This document shows, piece by piece, positions 63,030 through 64,000 of a DNA stretch of 64,000 nt. The position numbers and the translations under genes were made by a program. The stretch comes from Takakia lepidozioides (lineage: Eukaryota > Plantae > Bryophyta): contig CM060731.1 in the NCBI GenBank assembly GCA_030704615.1, positions 30,814,001-30,878,000 of the forward strand, given 5' to 3'. Position 1 is the stretch's first letter; each line of letters starts with the position of its first letter. The notes below the pieces were generated by a model that searched no databases, was not told where the DNA came from, and saw only the letters and a list, made by a program, of their open reading frames with translations.

Positions 63030-63033
63030 CTGG

Positions 63034-64000
63034 GTTAGGGTGTTTGCTTTTCTTTATGGTGCTGGGTTTTGGATTGGCGGTTTTGGTTGGAGGTCTTGGG
63101 GTTAAAAGGATAAACGGTGTAATTAGGATTCACGTACCCAAAATGTGGTTCAATCTGATAATCGCAAAGCGCTGGGTCTCAACAATTTTTTCCATAGTGT
63201 GAGCATCCTGAAGATAGAACAAGAGGAAGGATTTATTGTCTTGGGCTCTAGCACCATAGGGATGCTCCGCCTTTGGTTACCAATTTTGAAAGCCCCGAGG
63301 CTGAGGCATAGGGTTTTTTTGCCAACGGTTTTTGAGAAATGAAAGTGTTGGTGGTGTCTGTTAATTAGGATGGGATGGTGAGGAAACATCGACCCGTCTC
63401 CCTCGAGGATGGGGAGGTAGTACCACATATCGATTGTGGCCCTAGAGCGATCATTTTTCGTGGCGAGGAGGCACCCATTGCACCTGATCCAATACAGGCT
63501 GCCGGGCACAATCGTAGAAGGGACCGGGGCCAATTTTCAGGTGATGCGGAGGATGTTGACACTTCGGGATTGAGTCGGGCGCGCCGCGGATTGCCCCCTC
63601 GCGGGCCACCCCGTCCAACCACGTCCACCTTTGACCCCCCCGACAGGATTGAGTGTTGGTACACTAAGTGTTGGGAACGGATACCGCCGGGCGGCACCAG
63701 ACCACCGAGGCGGCGACCGCATGTTGTCGAAAAACATTACAAGAAGAACAAGATTGCGGATGCGGCAAAGGTGAGTGTTTTTTCCACCCCTCTCATTAAC
63801 ATTCATTCAAGGTACATTTAGGTTTATCTAATAATATAGTATGATTGGTAAGCATACATAAATCAAAATTACGACATAAGTATTGATGCGTCGTTCACTA
63901 CACACATTGCAGCCACGACTTGATGCCCAAGCTCGCAATCACATTGCATATGAGGCATTTCGCGCCGGTCTACTTGCAGAATTTGTGCCAGAGCATGTGC
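63034..64000. mobile_element. Continuation of the CACTA-related element interrupted by the LTR insertion
   Basis: Sequence resumes homology to 22117-22145 right after the TSD. The internal ORFs are not recognisable. Confidence 0.5.

Overview
Eukaryotic, intron-containing plant genomic DNA. PLS-class PPR repeats, a squalene-hopene cyclase remnant and the TE families point to a non-seed land plant such as a bryophyte, lycophyte or fern (inference). The first ~12.5 kb hold two apparently intact, convergent host genes: a 5-exon SAUL1/PUB43-44-like U-box/ARM E3 ligase (+) and a membrin Qb-SNARE with no intron in the CDS (-). The remaining ~51 kb is a nested TE field. It contains a LINE cut by a Ty3/Gypsy LTR+gag, itself cut by a CACTA; a Mutator-like transposase split over both strands next to a squalene-hopene cyclase remnant; a 500-N gap; a non-autonomous CACTA carrying PPR fragments and a Gypsy integrase-PHD piece; a full-length chromovirus (5-bp TSD); and a young non-autonomous LTR element (55504-63029, 4-bp TSD) with an intact ~1038-aa gag/PPR chimeric ORF. 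The most striking observation is that last element's termini. The 9-nt terminal att sequence is missing next to the PBS and instead lies between the PPT and the 3' LTR as a perfect 20-bp palindrome. This is the footprint expected if it integrates from a circularised 2-LTR cDNA rather than linear cDNA. Family assignments come from recalled motifs, not database searches, and some TE boundaries are approximate.
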